Of a stretch of 64,000 nt of DNA, positions 1-10,229 are shown piece by piece. Location of the stretch: assembly GCA_965215605.1 (NCBI GenBank), contig OZ244070.1, positions 2,816,001 through 2,880,000 of the forward strand, written 5' to 3'. How positions within the stretch are numbered: position 1 is the first letter of the stretch; each line of letters opens with the position of its first letter. Both the position numbers and the translations under genes were made by a program. The stretch comes from an uncultured Candidatus Binatia bacterium. Lineage in GTDB: Bacteria > Desulfobacterota > Binatia > UBA9968 > JAJDTQ01. The notes beneath the pieces were generated by a model, which saw nothing but the letters and a program-made list of their open reading frames with translations, made no database searches and was not told the origin of the DNA.

Positions 1-2
1 CC

Positions 3-602
3 AACGGGTTCCAGTGGGCGCTGCGCCGCGGCGGGGTCAAGATGGGCGACTTCGTGTTGATCCAGGGGCCCGGACAGCAGGGGCTGGCGTGCACTTGGGC
101 CTCAAAGCACGCGGGCGCGGCGAAGATCTTCGTGTCCGGCATCGGCCGGGACGCGCCGCGGATGGAGCTGGCCAGGAAGTGGGGCGCCGACCGCATCATC
201 AACGTCGAGGAAGAGAACGTGGTGGACGTGGTCCGGGAGGAAACCGGCGGCGCCATGGTGGACGTGGTGGTGGACGTGTCGGGTAGTCCCAAGGCGATCC
301 TGGCCTCCATCGATTGCCTGCGGCGGCAGGGGACCATGGTGTTGGCCGGCCTTACCGGCGACAAGACCATCACCGAGGTCCACATGGACAAGCTGGTGTG
401 GGGCGAGATCAAGCTCCAGGGCTGCTTCACCGGCGACAACGACGCCGTGGACGCGACCCTGCGCCTCATGGAGGCCACCAAGTTCCCGGTGGAGGAGATG
501 GTGAGCCACGTGTTCTCGCTGGACGAGACCGAGAAGTGCATCCAGGCGGTGGGGGGCGAGATCCCCGAGTTGTTCCCGACCAAGGCGCTGATCAAGCCCT
601 AG
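3..602 (+). CDS. Zn-dependent alcohol dehydrogenase (MDR family), 5'-truncated by window edge
   Basis: Frame open from position 3 (NGFQWALRRGGVKMGD...); IQGPGQQG nucleotide-binding motif; closely similar to C-terminal half of 907..1998. Confidence 0.9.
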   Translation, partial: NGFQWALRRGGVKMGDFVLIQGPGQQGLACTWASKHAGAAKIFVSGIGRDAPRMELARKWGADRIINVEEENVVDVVREETGGAMVDVVVDVSGSPKAILASIDCLRRQGTMVLAGLTGDKTITEVHMDKLVWGEIKLQGCFTGDNDAVDATLRLMEATKFPVEEMVSHVFSLDETEKCIQAVGGEIPELFPTKALIKP

Positions 603-623
603 CAGTCTGGGGCCCGCGCGTAT

Positions 624-657
624 TGCTGCCGGTACCGCGCTGCTGCCGGTACCGCGC
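624..657. repeat. 17-bp perfect tandem duplication
   Basis: TGCTGCCGGTACCGCGC at 624-640 and 641-657. Confidence 0.9.
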
Positions 658-798
658 GGGGAGGGCAGCGTCCCGGAAATCAGGCGACGGTTTTGCCGGG
701 GCCGGGCTGTTCTGCTTCGCGCGAAACGGGTGGTGGATCGGGGTGACGGATTACGTCCGCCGGCCGTCGACAGATTTCCGGGACGCCGCCCTCCCCGC
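656..798. repeat. 26-bp inverted repeat pair enclosing 91 bp (MITE-like element or structured RNA)
   Basis: GCGGGGAGGGCAGCGTCCCGGAAATC (656-681) vs GATTTCCGGGACGCCGCCCTCCCCGC (773-798), one mismatch; inner CGACGG/CCGTCG extends the stem. Confidence 0.8.
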
Positions 799-906
799 TC
801 CAAGCGGGCCCAACGGTCTGAGACGCGAGACGGCTCCGGGGGACTGGGTGAGGGTGTTCGGTAAGGGAAGGGCGTTTGGGTCGAAGACGAGACGCGGAGA
901 GTTTTC

Positions 907-1998
907 ATGAGCGAAACCTGTAGGGCGGCGACGCTGGTGGCGCCGGGGAAGATCGAGGTGCGGGAGTACCCGGTGCCGGAGGTTCCGCCGGACGGAGGAC
1001 TGCTGCGGGTGGAGCTGGGCGGGGTGTGCGGGACAGACTACAAGTATTACACCGGGAAGCTGAACCTGCCGATACCCATCATCCTCGGCCACGAGATCCT
1101 GGGCCGGGTCGAGAAGCTCGGCGCCAGGGCGGCCGAGATCCATGGCGTCAAGGAAGGCGACCGCGTGATCATCAAGGGGTCCCTCGGGTGCGGCCGTTGC
1201 GCCGACTGCCGCCGGGGCGGCGACCGGTTCTGCAAGCAGCGCTCGGCCTACGGCTCCCGGATGTCCTCGGCCGACCCGCCGCATCTCTTCGGCGGCTTTG
1301 CCCAGTACCTGTACATCACCCCCACCGCCTTGCTGACGCGGATCAGCGACGACCTTCCGCCGGAGGCCGCGGCGCTGGTGGGGGCGGTGATGGCCAACGG
1401 TTTCCAGTGGGCCTTGCGGCACGGCGGCGTCAAGATGGGGGACTACGTGCTGATCCAGGGGCCGGGCCAGCAGGGGCTCGCCTGCACCTTCGCCTCGAGC
1501 CACGCCGGCGCCGCGCGCATCTTCGTCGCCGGCATCGGCCGCGACAAGAGCCGGCTCGAGGTGGCCGGGCGATTCGGCGCGCACCGCACCATCAACGTCG
1601 AGGAAGAGAACGTCGTGGACGTGATCCGGGAGGAGACCGCCGGCGCCATGGCCGACGTCGTGGTGGACGTCTCCGGGAACCCGGCCGCCATCGTCACGTC
1701 GGTGGATTGCCTGCGGCGGCAGGGGAAGCTGGTGCTCGGCGGACTGACGGGCGACAAGACCGTCACCCCCATGCTCATGGACAGGCTCGTGTGGGGCGAG
1801 ATCTGTGTCCAGGGAGCCTACACCGGCGACAACGACGCCATCGACGCCACCCTCCGGCTGATGGAGACCACCGGCTTCCCGGTCGAACAGATGGTGAGCC
1901 ACGTCTTCTCGCTGGACGAGACCGAACAATGCGTCCGCGCGGTGGGAGGAGAGGTGCCCGAGTTGTTCCCGACCAAGGCGCTTATCAACCCGTGGTAA
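907..1998 (+). CDS. Zn-dependent alcohol dehydrogenase (MDR family)
   Basis: GVCGTD, GHE, structural-Zn CGRCADC...C motif; GGAGAG RBS. Confidence 0.92.
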   Translation: MSETCRAATLVAPGKIEVREYPVPEVPPDGGLLRVELGGVCGTDYKYYTGKLNLPIPIILGHEILGRVEKLGARAAEIHGVKEGDRVIIKGSLGCGRCADCRRGGDRFCKQRSAYGSRMSSADPPHLFGGFAQYLYITPTALLTRISDDLPPEAAALVGAVMANGFQWALRHGGVKMGDYVLIQGPGQQGLACTFASSHAGAARIFVAGIGRDKSRLEVAGRFGAHRTINVEEENVVDVIREETAGAMADVVVDVSGNPAAIVTSVDCLRRQGKLVLGGLTGDKTVTPMLMDRLVWGEICVQGAYTGDNDAIDATLRLMETTGFPVEQMVSHVFSLDETEQCVRAVGGEVPELFPTKALINPW

Positions 1999-2028
1999 CC
2001 GCCATCCCCCGTGCCCGAGCCTTCCCCC

Positions 2029-2877
2029 ATGAGACTGTTCGCGCCCGCCAAGGTGAATCTCTGCCTCCGGATCACCGGCCGGCGTGACGACGGCTACCAT
2101 CTGCTGGACTCACTGATGGTGCCCATCAGCCTGGGCGACGAGGTCGAGATCTCCCGGACGGACGGGGCGCCCGATTCGCTGGCGCTGGCGGCTGACGACC
2201 CCGACGTGCCGCTTGGGGAAGACAACACGGTCCGGCAGGCGGTGCGCGCGTTCCGTGAACGGACCGGCCGCCGGGACGCCGTGGCCGTCAACATCCGCAA
2301 GCGCATCCCCATCGGCGCCGGGCTGGGAGGCGGCAGCACCGACGCGGCCGCCGTTCTGCGCGGGATGAACGATTTCCTCGGAACGGGCCTGCCCGTCGAG
2401 GTCCTCCTGGCGTTGGGCCTGTCGGTGGGGGCCGACGTGCCCTTTTTCATCCGCGGCGGGGCCGCCCGGGCCCGGGGTGTCGGGGAGGAGTTGAGCCCCG
2501 TGGGACCGCTGCCCCAGCTGTGGCTGGTGGTGCTGTTCCCCAACCTCGCGGTGTCCACGGCCTGGGTCTACCGGAACTTCCGGTCCAAGTTGACAAAACC
2601 GTCCAATAATAATAACTTGGTTCGAAAATTGGACACGCCTCACGAAGTGGCTGAGGTGTTGGTCAATGACCTCGAAACGGTCACCATGGGCCGCTATCCG
2701 CGCATTGCCCGGCTCAAGGATCGCCTGAACGAGAGCGGGGCGGTCGGTAGCCTGATGTCCGGCAGCGGCTCGGCGGTTTTCGGGGTATTCGCTGACGAGG
2801 CAGGTGCCAGACAGGCATTCACGGGCTTCGAGGGCGAAAAAGGCTTTCGGGCTTATCTGGCTTTTTCGCTGACATAA
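2029..2877 (+). CDS. ispE: 4-diphosphocytidyl-2-C-methyl-D-erythritol kinase
   Basis: APAKVNL, YHLLDS, KRIPIGAGLGGGS, GADVPFF, MSGSG motifs; context before tRNA-Gln/prs. Confidence 0.96.
   Translation: MRLFAPAKVNLCLRITGRRDDGYHLLDSLMVPISLGDEVEISRTDGAPDSLALAADDPDVPLGEDNTVRQAVRAFRERTGRRDAVAVNIRKRIPIGAGLGGGSTDAAAVLRGMNDFLGTGLPVEVLLALGLSVGADVPFFIRGGAARARGVGEELSPVGPLPQLWLVVLFPNLAVSTAWVYRNFRSKLTKPSNNNNLVRKLDTPHEVAEVLVNDLETVTMGRYPRIARLKDRLNESGAVGSLMSGSGSAVFGVFADEAGARQAFTGFEGEKGFRAYLAFSLT
2590..2618 (+). promoter_or_regulatory. sigma70-type promoter inside ispE, probably driving spoVG-tRNA-prs
   Basis: TTGACA (2590-2595), 17 bp, TAACTT (2613-2618) in a locally AT-rich patch. Confidence 0.6.
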
Positions 2878-2915
2878 GGGCAAGCCATCCGTCGTGGGAC
2901 GGAAAGGAGGTCCCT

Positions 2916-3200
2916 GTGGAGGTCACGGAAGTCAAGGTCTTTCCCGTTGAAGAGGATAAGCTCAAGGCGTATGTGACCATCACCCTGGACGACTGCTTCG
3001 TGGTCCGGGATCTCAAAGTCATTCGCGGCACTTCGGGTCTGTTCGTTTCCATGCCCAGCAAGAAACGCCGGGATGGGACCTACAAGGATGTGGCGCACCC
3101 GCTCAACAGCGAGACCCGCAGGATGATCGAGGAAAGGATTATTGCGGCATACAGGGAAGTTGCGACGGGCGATGCGGGCCAGGGTCGAGATGCGCTCTAG
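2916..3200 (+). CDS. spoVG: SpoVG family nucleic-acid-binding protein
   Basis: LKAYVTITLDDCFVVRDLKVI..GLFVSMPS..YKDVAHPLN; AGGAGG RBS before GTG. Confidence 0.95.
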   Translation: MEVTEVKVFPVEEDKLKAYVTITLDDCFVVRDLKVIRGTSGLFVSMPSKKRRDGTYKDVAHPLNSETRRMIEERIIAAYREVATGDAGQGRDAL

Positions 3201-3240
3201 TCATCCCCGCGCCGGACGCTCGAACGCCGACGGGAAGGAA

Positions 3241-3315
3241 TGGGCGGTCGCCAAGTGGTAAGGCCCCGGATTTTGGTTCCGGTATACGAAGGTTCGAATC
3301 CTTCCCGCCCAGCCA
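3241..3315 (+). tRNA. tRNA-Gln (TTG)
   Basis: TGGGCGG acceptor stem, CCGGA-TTTTGGT-TCCGG anticodon arm, GTTCGAATC T-loop, encoded CCA. Confidence 0.97.
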
Positions 3316-3415
3316 AGCTTTCTCTCCTTTGATGGGCCTTTCAGGGGCGGGTTTCGAACCCGCCCGAGGTCGTCATGGCACGACAACACGGGCGTGTTCC
3401 ACACCAAGGCAGGAC

Positions 3416-4366
3416 ATGGGAACGTTGCACGATGAAATGAGAATCTTTGCGGGCAATTCCAATCCCCCGCTTGCGCGCGACATTTGCCACGGTCTCGAGA
3501 TCCCGTTGGGGGAGGCGTTGGTGGAGACGTTCAGCGACGGCGAGATACGGGTGGAGATCAAGGAGAACGTGCGCGGCTGCGATGTCTTCGTGATCCAGTC
3601 CACGTGCGCCCCGGGCAACGACAACCTGATGGAGCTGCTCCTCATGCTGGACGCGTTCAGACGCGCCTCGGCCAAGCGGGTCACCGCGGTGATCCCGTAC
3701 TACGGTTACGCGCGGCAGGACCGCAAGGTAGCTCCCCGGGTCCCGATCAGTGCCAAGCTGGTGGCGGATCTCATCACCACCGCCGGCGCGGCGCGCATGC
3801 TCACCATGGACCTCCATTCGGGCCAGATCCAGGGCTTCTTCAACATACCGGTGGACAACCTCTACGCGTTGCCGGTGCTGCTCCAGTACCTGGAACGCCG
3901 CTTCAGCGGGGAGACGTCGATCGTCGTGTCGCCGGACGCGGGCGGGGCCCAGCGGGCGCGCGCGTTTGCCACCCGGCTGAACGTGGCGATGGCGGTTATC
4001 GACAAGCGCAGGGCCGACGCCAACGTGGTGGAGGAGATGAACATCATCGGCGAGGTGGAGGGCAAGAGCGCCGTCCTCCTTGACGACATGGTGGACACCG
4101 CCGGGACCATTTCCATGGCGGCGGAGGCGCTGATGCGGGCGGGCGCGAACAAGGTCATCGGCTGCTGTACCCACGCCATCCTCTCCGGGAAGGCGCTGGA
4201 CCGGATCAACGAGTCGCCCATGGAAGAGATGGTGGTCACCGACACCGTTCCCCTGAGCGCGAAGATGGCCCAGTGCCCGAAGATAAGGCCCTTGTCGGTG
4301 GCGCCGCTGATCGGGGAGGCCATCCGCAGGACTCACCTGGAGCGGTCCATCAGTTCCCTTTTCTGA
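3416..4366 (+). CDS. prs: Ribose-phosphate pyrophosphokinase
   Basis: FSDGE, PYYGYARQDRK, DLHSGQIQGFF, VSPDAGG, DDMVDTAGT; start could also be the ATG at 3437. Confidence 0.97.
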   Translation: MGTLHDEMRIFAGNSNPPLARDICHGLEIPLGEALVETFSDGEIRVEIKENVRGCDVFVIQSTCAPGNDNLMELLLMLDAFRRASAKRVTAVIPYYGYARQDRKVAPRVPISAKLVADLITTAGAARMLTMDLHSGQIQGFFNIPVDNLYALPVLLQYLERRFSGETSIVVSPDAGGAQRARAFATRLNVAMAVIDKRRADANVVEEMNIIGEVEGKSAVLLDDMVDTAGTISMAAEALMRAGANKVIGCCTHAILSGKALDRINESPMEEMVVTDTVPLSAKMAQCPKIRPLSVAPLIGEAIRRTHLERSISSLF

Positions 4367-4404
4367 TCGAAAAACTCGCAGCACGTTGTCAGGAGGTTCA
4401 GGTT

Positions 4405-5052
4405 TTGGAAACAGTAGAAGTATCCGCAGAGGCGAGGCAGGTCGGCAACAAGCGTGACGCCGGCCGCCTGCGCCGCAACGGCAAGCTCCCGGGGGTCGTT
4501 TACGGCCGGGGGACCGAAGGCTTGGCCATGCAGGTGGACGACCGGGAGATCCGGAACCGCGTCGGCAGCCTGGAAGGCTCTCATCTGGTCCGGTTCAAGT
4601 CCTCGACGGACAGTCTCGACGGCAGGCTCGTCCTCATCAAGAACGTGCAGTATCACCCGGTGACCCACGCCATCGCCCACATCGACTTCTACGAGGTGGA
4701 CGTGACACGAAAGATCACCGTCATGGTGGGCCTGCACTACGTGGGGCGGCCCGAGGGAGTGGTTCACGGCGGGGTGTTGCAGCCCATCGCGCGGGAGCTC
4801 GAGGTCGAGTGCCTGCCCATGGATATCCCGGCACAGATCGAGGTGGACGTTTCGGCTCTGGAGATCGGTCACGGGCTCAAGGCCGGCGATATCACGCTGC
4901 CGCCCAACGTGACCAACGCCACTCCGGATCTGAGCCTGGTATCGGTGCTGGCGCCCACGGTTTCCACCATCGAAGAGGAAGAGGCGGCGGCGGCGGAGGC
5001 CGAGGCGACCGAGGCGGCGGAGGCCGAGGCGGCGGAACAGACCGGCGAGTGA
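4405..5052 (+). CDS. rplY: 50S ribosomal protein L25/Ctc (long form)
   Basis: RLRRNGKLPGVVYG, QYHPV, HIDFY, acidic tail; AGGAGG 8 nt before TTG at 4405. Confidence 0.93.
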   Translation: METVEVSAEARQVGNKRDAGRLRRNGKLPGVVYGRGTEGLAMQVDDREIRNRVGSLEGSHLVRFKSSTDSLDGRLVLIKNVQYHPVTHAIAHIDFYEVDVTRKITVMVGLHYVGRPEGVVHGGVLQPIARELEVECLPMDIPAQIEVDVSALEIGHGLKAGDITLPPNVTNATPDLSLVSVLAPTVSTIEEEEAAAAEAEATEAAEAEAAEQTGE

Positions 5053-5110
5053 ACTCCACGCGTGCTGCGGACAACGGGGAGCCTGTGATCTCCCCCTCCA
5101 GGACACCGCT

Positions 5111-5701
5111 GTGAAACTGGTCGTGGGCCTGGGCAACCCGGGCCGGCGCTACGCGCGCACACGGCACAATCTCGGGTTTCTCCTGCTGGACCGCATGGCC
5201 GAGGCCCGGGGCGTTCATATCGGCGACGAACGCTGCGAGTCGCTGGTCGGCCGGGCCGAGCGGACGTGGGATCCGGTTGCCGCGGAATGGTTGCCGCCGC
5301 TGGTATTGGCCAAGCCACAGACCTACATGAACCACAGCGGCGTGGCGGCTGCTGCCTTGGTGAAGCGTTTTCAGACGCGGGGTACGGACCTCGTGGTGGC
5401 GTACGATGACCTGGACCTGCCGTTCGGCCGGCTCCGTATCCGTTGCGGCGGGTCGGCGGGAGGACACCGGGGTCTGGCGTCGGTCCTGCAGCACGTCGCG
5501 GACCGTGACTTCGTCCGGCTCCGCATCGGCATCGGCCGTCCGCCCGCGGGCGTGGATCCCGTGGACTACGTGTTGAGCGGGTTCTTGCCCGGGGAACAGG
5601 GCGCGCTGGACGACGTGTTGACGAGGGCGGGCGAGGCGCTGGAAGCCATCGTGCTGAAGGGCCCGGTGCCGGCCATGGAAGATTTCAATCGAGTTCGATA
5701 G
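5111..5701 (+). CDS. pth: Peptidyl-tRNA hydrolase
   Basis: [41 protein letters not shown]. Confidence 0.97.
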   Translation: MKLVVGLGNPGRRYARTRHNLGFLLLDRMAEARGVHIGDERCESLVGRAERTWDPVAAEWLPPLVLAKPQTYMNHSGVAAAALVKRFQTRGTDLVVAYDDLDLPFGRLRIRCGGSAGGHRGLASVLQHVADRDFVRLRIGIGRPPAGVDPVDYVLSGFLPGEQGALDDVLTRAGEALEAIVLKGPVPAMEDFNRVR

Positions 5702-5712
5702 AGGAGGGCGTT

Positions 5713-7761
5713 ATGGAAGGTTTGGTGGTCTGGGCGCCGATACTGGGTGTGGCCGGACTTCTCATCGCGTACGGGGCTTATCGCTCCATCGTCAAGGTCG
5801 CGGTCAAGGATGCGGGAATGCAGTCCGTCAGCGACTCCATCTACGAAGGGGCCATGGCCTTCCTGAAGCGCGAGTACTTCGTTCTTTCGGTCTTCGTGGT
5901 GGTGGTAGCGCTGCTGCTTGCATGGCAGCTTGGCGTCGAAACCGCGTTGGCTTTCTTCGCGGGCGCGATCTGCTCGGTGATAGCCGGGTTTCTCGGCATG
6001 AAGGCGGCCACCCGGGCCAACGTACGCACAGCCCAGGCGGCCGCGGAGGGCGGCCAGTCGGAAGCGCTGCTCGTGGCCTTCAACGGCGGTTCGGTGATGG
6101 GACTCTCCGTAGCCAGCCTCGGGCTCTTGGGCGTGGGCATTCTCTATCTGGTCTACGGTGATCCGGAGAACTCCAAGTACATCAGCGGGTTCGCCATGGG
6201 CGCCAGCTCCATCGCCCTGTTCTCCAGGGTCGGGGGCGGCATCTATACCAAGGCCGCGGATGTGGGCTCCGATCTGGTGGGCAAGGTCGAGGCCGGCATT
6301 CCGGAAGACGATCCGCGCAATCCCGGCGTCATCGCGGACAACGTCGGCGACAACGTCGGCGACGTCGCCGGCATGGGCGCCGATCTGTTCGAATCCTACG
6401 TCGGCTCGGTGATCGCGTCGGTCGCCATTGCCGCCACCGTCTCGGCGAGTGGGCTCGCCGGCCTGTTCTCGGCCCAGGCCGAGGCCTCCCGGGCCACGTT
6501 GATGGCGCTGCCGCTGGTTCTGGCCATACTGGGCCTCATCGCCTCCGTGGCCGGCATCTTTTCCATGCGGGTGTTCAAGAAGATCGACCCGCAGTCGGCG
6601 CTTCGAGGCGCCACGGTCCTCACCACGGTGCTGTTCCTGGTGGGAGCGCTGGTGCTGATTCTCACCTTTGGCGTCACCATCGGCGTCTTCTGGGCCGTGC
6701 TCGCGGGTTCGCTGGGCGGCATCCTCATCGGCCTCATCACCGAGTACTACACCTCTGGCAAGCCGGTGGAGCGCATTGCCGAGGCCAGCCGTACGGGCCA
6801 CGCCACCAACATCATCCACGGAATGGCCGTGGGACTTGAGAGCGTGGCGCTTCCCGTCGTGGTCATCGCCATTGCCATCTGGGTGTCCTACGGCGCGGCC
6901 CAGCTTTACGGCATTGGCGTGGCCGCGGTAGCCATGCTGGCCACGGTGGGCATCACCATGAGCGTGGACGCCTACGGACCCATTGCCGACAACGCCGGCG
7001 GCATCTCGGAGATGTGCGGCCTGGGGCCCGAGGTGCGCAAGATCACCGACGGGCTCGATTCGCTGGGCAACACCACGGCGGCCATCGGCAAGGGTTTCGC
7101 CATCGGCTCGGCGGCGCTGACCGCGCTGGCGCTGTTCTCGGCCTATACGAGAACGGTGGATGCCGAGCTGGCGGCCATGGGGGCGCAACCGTTGCAGATC
7201 CTGGTGACGTCGCCGGAGGTGGTGGTGGGCCTGTTCATCGGCGGCCTGATTCCGTACCTGATCGGAGCCATGACCATGACCGCCGTGGGAAGGGCCGCCG
7301 GAAAGATGATCGACGAGATCCGCCGGCAGTTCCGCGAGATCCCCGGGCTGTTGGAGGGTCGCGAGGGAGTCAAGCCGGATGCGGCGAGCTGCGTGGACAT
7401 CTCCACCCGTGCGGCCATCAAGGAGATGGTGGTGCCGGGGCTGGTGGCGGTGGTGGTGCCGGTTTTGGTGGGCTTCTCGCTGGGGCCGGTGGCGCTGGGC
7501 GGAACGCTGGCCGGGGCATTGGTATCGGGCGTGCTGCTGGCGCTGTTCATGTCGAACGCCGGCGGGGCCTGGGACAACGCCAAGAAGTACATCGAGCGGG
7601 GCGATCTGGCGAACGAGGAGAAGGGCGGCGAGGCTCACAAGGCCGCCGTGGTCGGCGACACCGTGGGAGATCCGCTGAAGGACACTTCCGGCCCGTCCAT
7701 GAACATCCTCATCAAGCTCATGTCGGTGGTTTCGCTGGTGATCGCGCCGCTGCTGGTGTGA
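5713..7761 (+). CDS. hppA: Membrane ion-translocating pyrophosphatase, K+-dependent, probably Na+-pumping
   Basis: [46 protein letters not shown]; many TM helices. Confidence 0.95.
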   Translation: MEGLVVWAPILGVAGLLIAYGAYRSIVKVAVKDAGMQSVSDSIYEGAMAFLKREYFVLSVFVVVVALLLAWQLGVETALAFFAGAICSVIAGFLGMKAATRANVRTAQAAAEGGQSEALLVAFNGGSVMGLSVASLGLLGVGILYLVYGDPENSKYISGFAMGASSIALFSRVGGGIYTKAADVGSDLVGKVEAGIPEDDPRNPGVIADNVGDNVGDVAGMGADLFESYVGSVIASVAIAATVSASGLAGLFSAQAEASRATLMALPLVLAILGLIASVAGIFSMRVFKKIDPQSALRGATVLTTVLFLVGALVLILTFGVTIGVFWAVLAGSLGGILIGLITEYYTSGKPVERIAEASRTGHATNIIHGMAVGLESVALPVVVIAIAIWVSYGAAQLYGIGVAAVAMLATVGITMSVDAYGPIADNAGGISEMCGLGPEVRKITDGLDSLGNTTAAIGKGFAIGSAALTALALFSAYTRTVDAELAAMGAQPLQILVTSPEVVVGLFIGGLIPYLIGAMTMTAVGRAAGKMIDEIRRQFREIPGLLEGREGVKPDAASCVDISTRAAIKEMVVPGLVAVVVPVLVGFSLGPVALGGTLAGALVSGVLLALFMSNAGGAWDNAKKYIERGDLANEEKGGEAHKAAVVGDTVGDPLKDTSGPSMNILIKLMSVVSLVIAPLLV

Positions 7762-7811
7762 TTCGGCAGGTTGTAAAGGGTCAACCCCTATGTTAAGTAA
7801 ATTCGACGATC

Positions 7812-8232
7812 ATGGCTGAAGAAACAACCCATTACGAGACGCTTTTCATCGTCCACCCGGTCCACAGCGGCAGAAACCCCGAACTCTGTGAGAGGTTCCG
7901 GGGGGTCCTGGAAGGGCAGGGCGCCACCGTTACCCACTTCGAGGAGTGGGGCATGCGCGATCTCGCGTACCCCATCGAGAAGCAGGGCAGGGGTTTCTAC
8001 AACCTGGTCCAGTACCAGGCCTCGGCGGGCGCGAGCGACGAGCTCGAGCGCGTGATGCGTTTGAGCGACGAGGTCATGCGATGCATGACCGTGGTTCTCG
8101 ATGACGACGTACGGTCGCTGGCTCCGACGGAGCAACCCGCGGCGCCGGAACCGGCGGCCAGCGGTGGAACCGGAGGCGGACGCCGCGGCGCCGGAATCTG
8201 CCGAAGAAGCCCAGGAAGGCCCGGAGGCGTAA
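7812..8232 (+). CDS. rpsF: 30S ribosomal protein S6; acidic tail frameshifted near 8160
   Basis: YETLFIVHP, WGMRDLAYPIEK; +1 frame from 8161 gives AVEPEADAAAPESAEEAQEGPEA-stop (8232), whereas the unshifted frame runs into rpsR. Confidence 0.88.
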
Positions 8233-8296
8233 CGGCGCTGGCCGGTACGCATCGTGCAGAACCTTACAGTTGGAAGAACGGAACGGCTAGGAGAAG

Positions 8297-8578
8297 ATGG
8301 CAGAATATCGCGGGAGAAGAGGCTCGGACGATCACGATTCACCACCTCGCCGGCGTGGCGGTGTGTCGCGCCGGAAGGTATGTCGCTTCTGCGCCAACAA
8401 AGACCTTCGCTTCGACTACAAGGATACCAAGCTGCTCAGCGGGTTCATGACGGAGCGGGGCAAGATCACGCCGAGTCGCATCACCGGAACCTGTTGCTGG
8501 TGTCAACGACGCTTGTCCAAGGCGATCAAGCGGGCCCGTCTGGTAGCGTTGCTCCCCTATACCACCGTCAAGCTCTGA
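8297..8578 (+). CDS. rpsR: 30S ribosomal protein S18
   Basis: [35 protein letters not shown]. Confidence 0.97.
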   Translation: MAEYRGRRGSDDHDSPPRRRGGVSRRKVCRFCANKDLRFDYKDTKLLSGFMTERGKITPSRITGTCCWCQRRLSKAIKRARLVALLPYTTVKL

Positions 8579-8608
8579 TCCGGCGCCTCGCCGCCCACGG
8601 ATCGGCTT

Positions 8609-9553
8609 ATGAAAGGGCTTGAGACTCTCACGGGAGTAGGCCTCGGGTTGGCCGCGACTCTGCTGCTCTTCGTGGCAGGGCTGAGGGTGCCGATCCTCGG
8701 TATGGTCTTGCTTCCCCTGGTGATCTTTCCGGCCCTGTACGTGGGCGTCCGGGTGGGGAAGCAGGCGGGACAATTGCTGCCTGTGGCGGCCGCCGCATGC
8801 GTGTTGGTCCTGGTGGGCCTGGAAGGCGCGGTGGCGTACCTGGTGTTTGCGCTGGTTACGTTCCTGCTGTTCTTTTCCTTCGGACGGGGATGGTCCATCG
8901 CCACCGTCGTGAGCGCTAGCGCCCTCGGCGCGCTGGCGGCCATGCTGATGGCCGCATGGGCGTTCGCGGGTTCCCTTTCCGCCCTGTGGAACACGCTGTA
9001 CACCGGTGTGCACGGCCAGGTTCTGGCGACCCTGGAACTGTACGAGCGCATGGGCCTGTCGGGTGAGACCACCGAGTTCCTGAGGGAGCAGGCGGGACAG
9101 ATGGCGACGCTATTCGTCCAGATGCTGCCCGGGATGATTTTCCTGGCAATGGGCGTCATGGCGCTGGTCAATCTGTCCCTGCTGTCGTGGCAGTTCCCGC
9201 ATTACCGATCGTTTTTTTTCGAGGCGGGAGACCTGAAGGAATGGAAGTCGCCGGACCACATGGTGTGGTTCCTGGTAGTGCCGAGCCTGGCGCTCTTTCT
9301 GCCGCTGGGATGGCCGTTGCGCGTGGTGGCGGCAAACGTGGTGTTGGCATGCACGGCGTTCTATTTCTTTCACGGTCTTGCCATCGTGGCGTACTATTTT
9401 CATCACAAGAAGGTCCCGATGTTTTTTCGCGTCCTGGGATATCTGCTCATCGTCTTCGAGCAGATTCTCACGGTGCTGGTCATCGGCCTGGGGTTCTTCG
9501 ATCTCTGGGGCGACTTCCGTCGCCTCAAGCGGCGCCCCGCGGGCCAGACCTGA
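8609..9553 (+). CDS. YybS/DUF2232 family membrane protein
   Basis: Multi-TM protein with C-terminal GLGFFDLWGDFRR; usual position between rpsR and rplI. Confidence 0.85.
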   Translation: MKGLETLTGVGLGLAATLLLFVAGLRVPILGMVLLPLVIFPALYVGVRVGKQAGQLLPVAAAACVLVLVGLEGAVAYLVFALVTFLLFFSFGRGWSIATVVSASALGALAAMLMAAWAFAGSLSALWNTLYTGVHGQVLATLELYERMGLSGETTEFLREQAGQMATLFVQMLPGMIFLAMGVMALVNLSLLSWQFPHYRSFFFEAGDLKEWKSPDHMVWFLVVPSLALFLPLGWPLRVVAANVVLACTAFYFFHGLAIVAYYFHHKKVPMFFRVLGYLLIVFEQILTVLVIGLGFFDLWGDFRRLKRRPAGQT

Positions 9554-9563
9554 AGGAGAGTCG

Positions 9564-10121
9564 ATGGAAGTCGTTCTGAAGGAAGATATCGAAAATCTGG
9601 GCCACATGGGCGACGTGGTCAAGGTCAAGGACGGTTACGCACGGAACTACCTGCTGCCCCGGGGCTTGGTAGTACTGGCCAACAAGAAGAACCTGAAGGC
9701 CCTGGAGCACGAGCAGCGCATGATCGGCCAACGGCGGGAGCGCCTCACCAAAGAGGCCCAGGGCATCAGCGCGCAGCTTGCCGGAGTCTCCCTCGAGTTC
9801 GCCGTCAAGGTCGGCGAGGAGGGCCGCCTCTTCGGCTCCGTCACCAACATGGACATCGAGAAGGCGCTCAAGGAGAAGGGTCTCGATGTCGAACGCCGAA
9901 GAATCGTCCTGCACGATCCCATCAAGCAGGTGGGAGAGTACGAGGTCCCCATCCGCCTGCGTCCGGAAGTGATGCCCAGCATCAAGGTGAAGGTGGTGTC
10001 GGAGGATGGCGAAGCGGAAACGGCCACTACCGATGGAACCGCCGCAGCGGAGGCTCAACCGGCCGACATGGCCGCCGCCGAAGCGCCAGGGACGGCAGAC
10101 GAGCCGCCGGCCGCGTCCTAG
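9564..10121 (+). CDS. rplI: 50S ribosomal protein L9
   Basis: LGHMGDVVKVKDGYARNYLLP, GRLFGSVT; GGAG RBS. Confidence 0.97.
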   Translation: MEVVLKEDIENLGHMGDVVKVKDGYARNYLLPRGLVVLANKKNLKALEHEQRMIGQRRERLTKEAQGISAQLAGVSLEFAVKVGEEGRLFGSVTNMDIEKALKEKGLDVERRRIVLHDPIKQVGEYEVPIRLRPEVMPSIKVKVVSEDGEAETATTDGTAAAEAQPADMAAAEAPGTADEPPAAS

Positions 10122-10229
10122 TCGACCCATGCTTGCCCTGATCGGAAAGCGGCCGTCTATCGTTCAGGAAGAACTCGCCCGCTGAGTCGTGTTGCCTGGC
10201 GGTTAGGTGCCAAGCGCCTCCCGCCAGCG

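Noticed and set aside
3345-3366. GTTTCGAACCC hairpin after tRNA-Gln as a second tRNA or att fragment
   Set aside because: No cloverleaf and no identity to the tRNA 3' end; a simple stem-loop
7812-8450. 212-aa extended S6 as a genuine novel fusion
   Set aside because: It overlaps rpsR, and the +1 frame gives a typical acidic tail; a single indel explains it better
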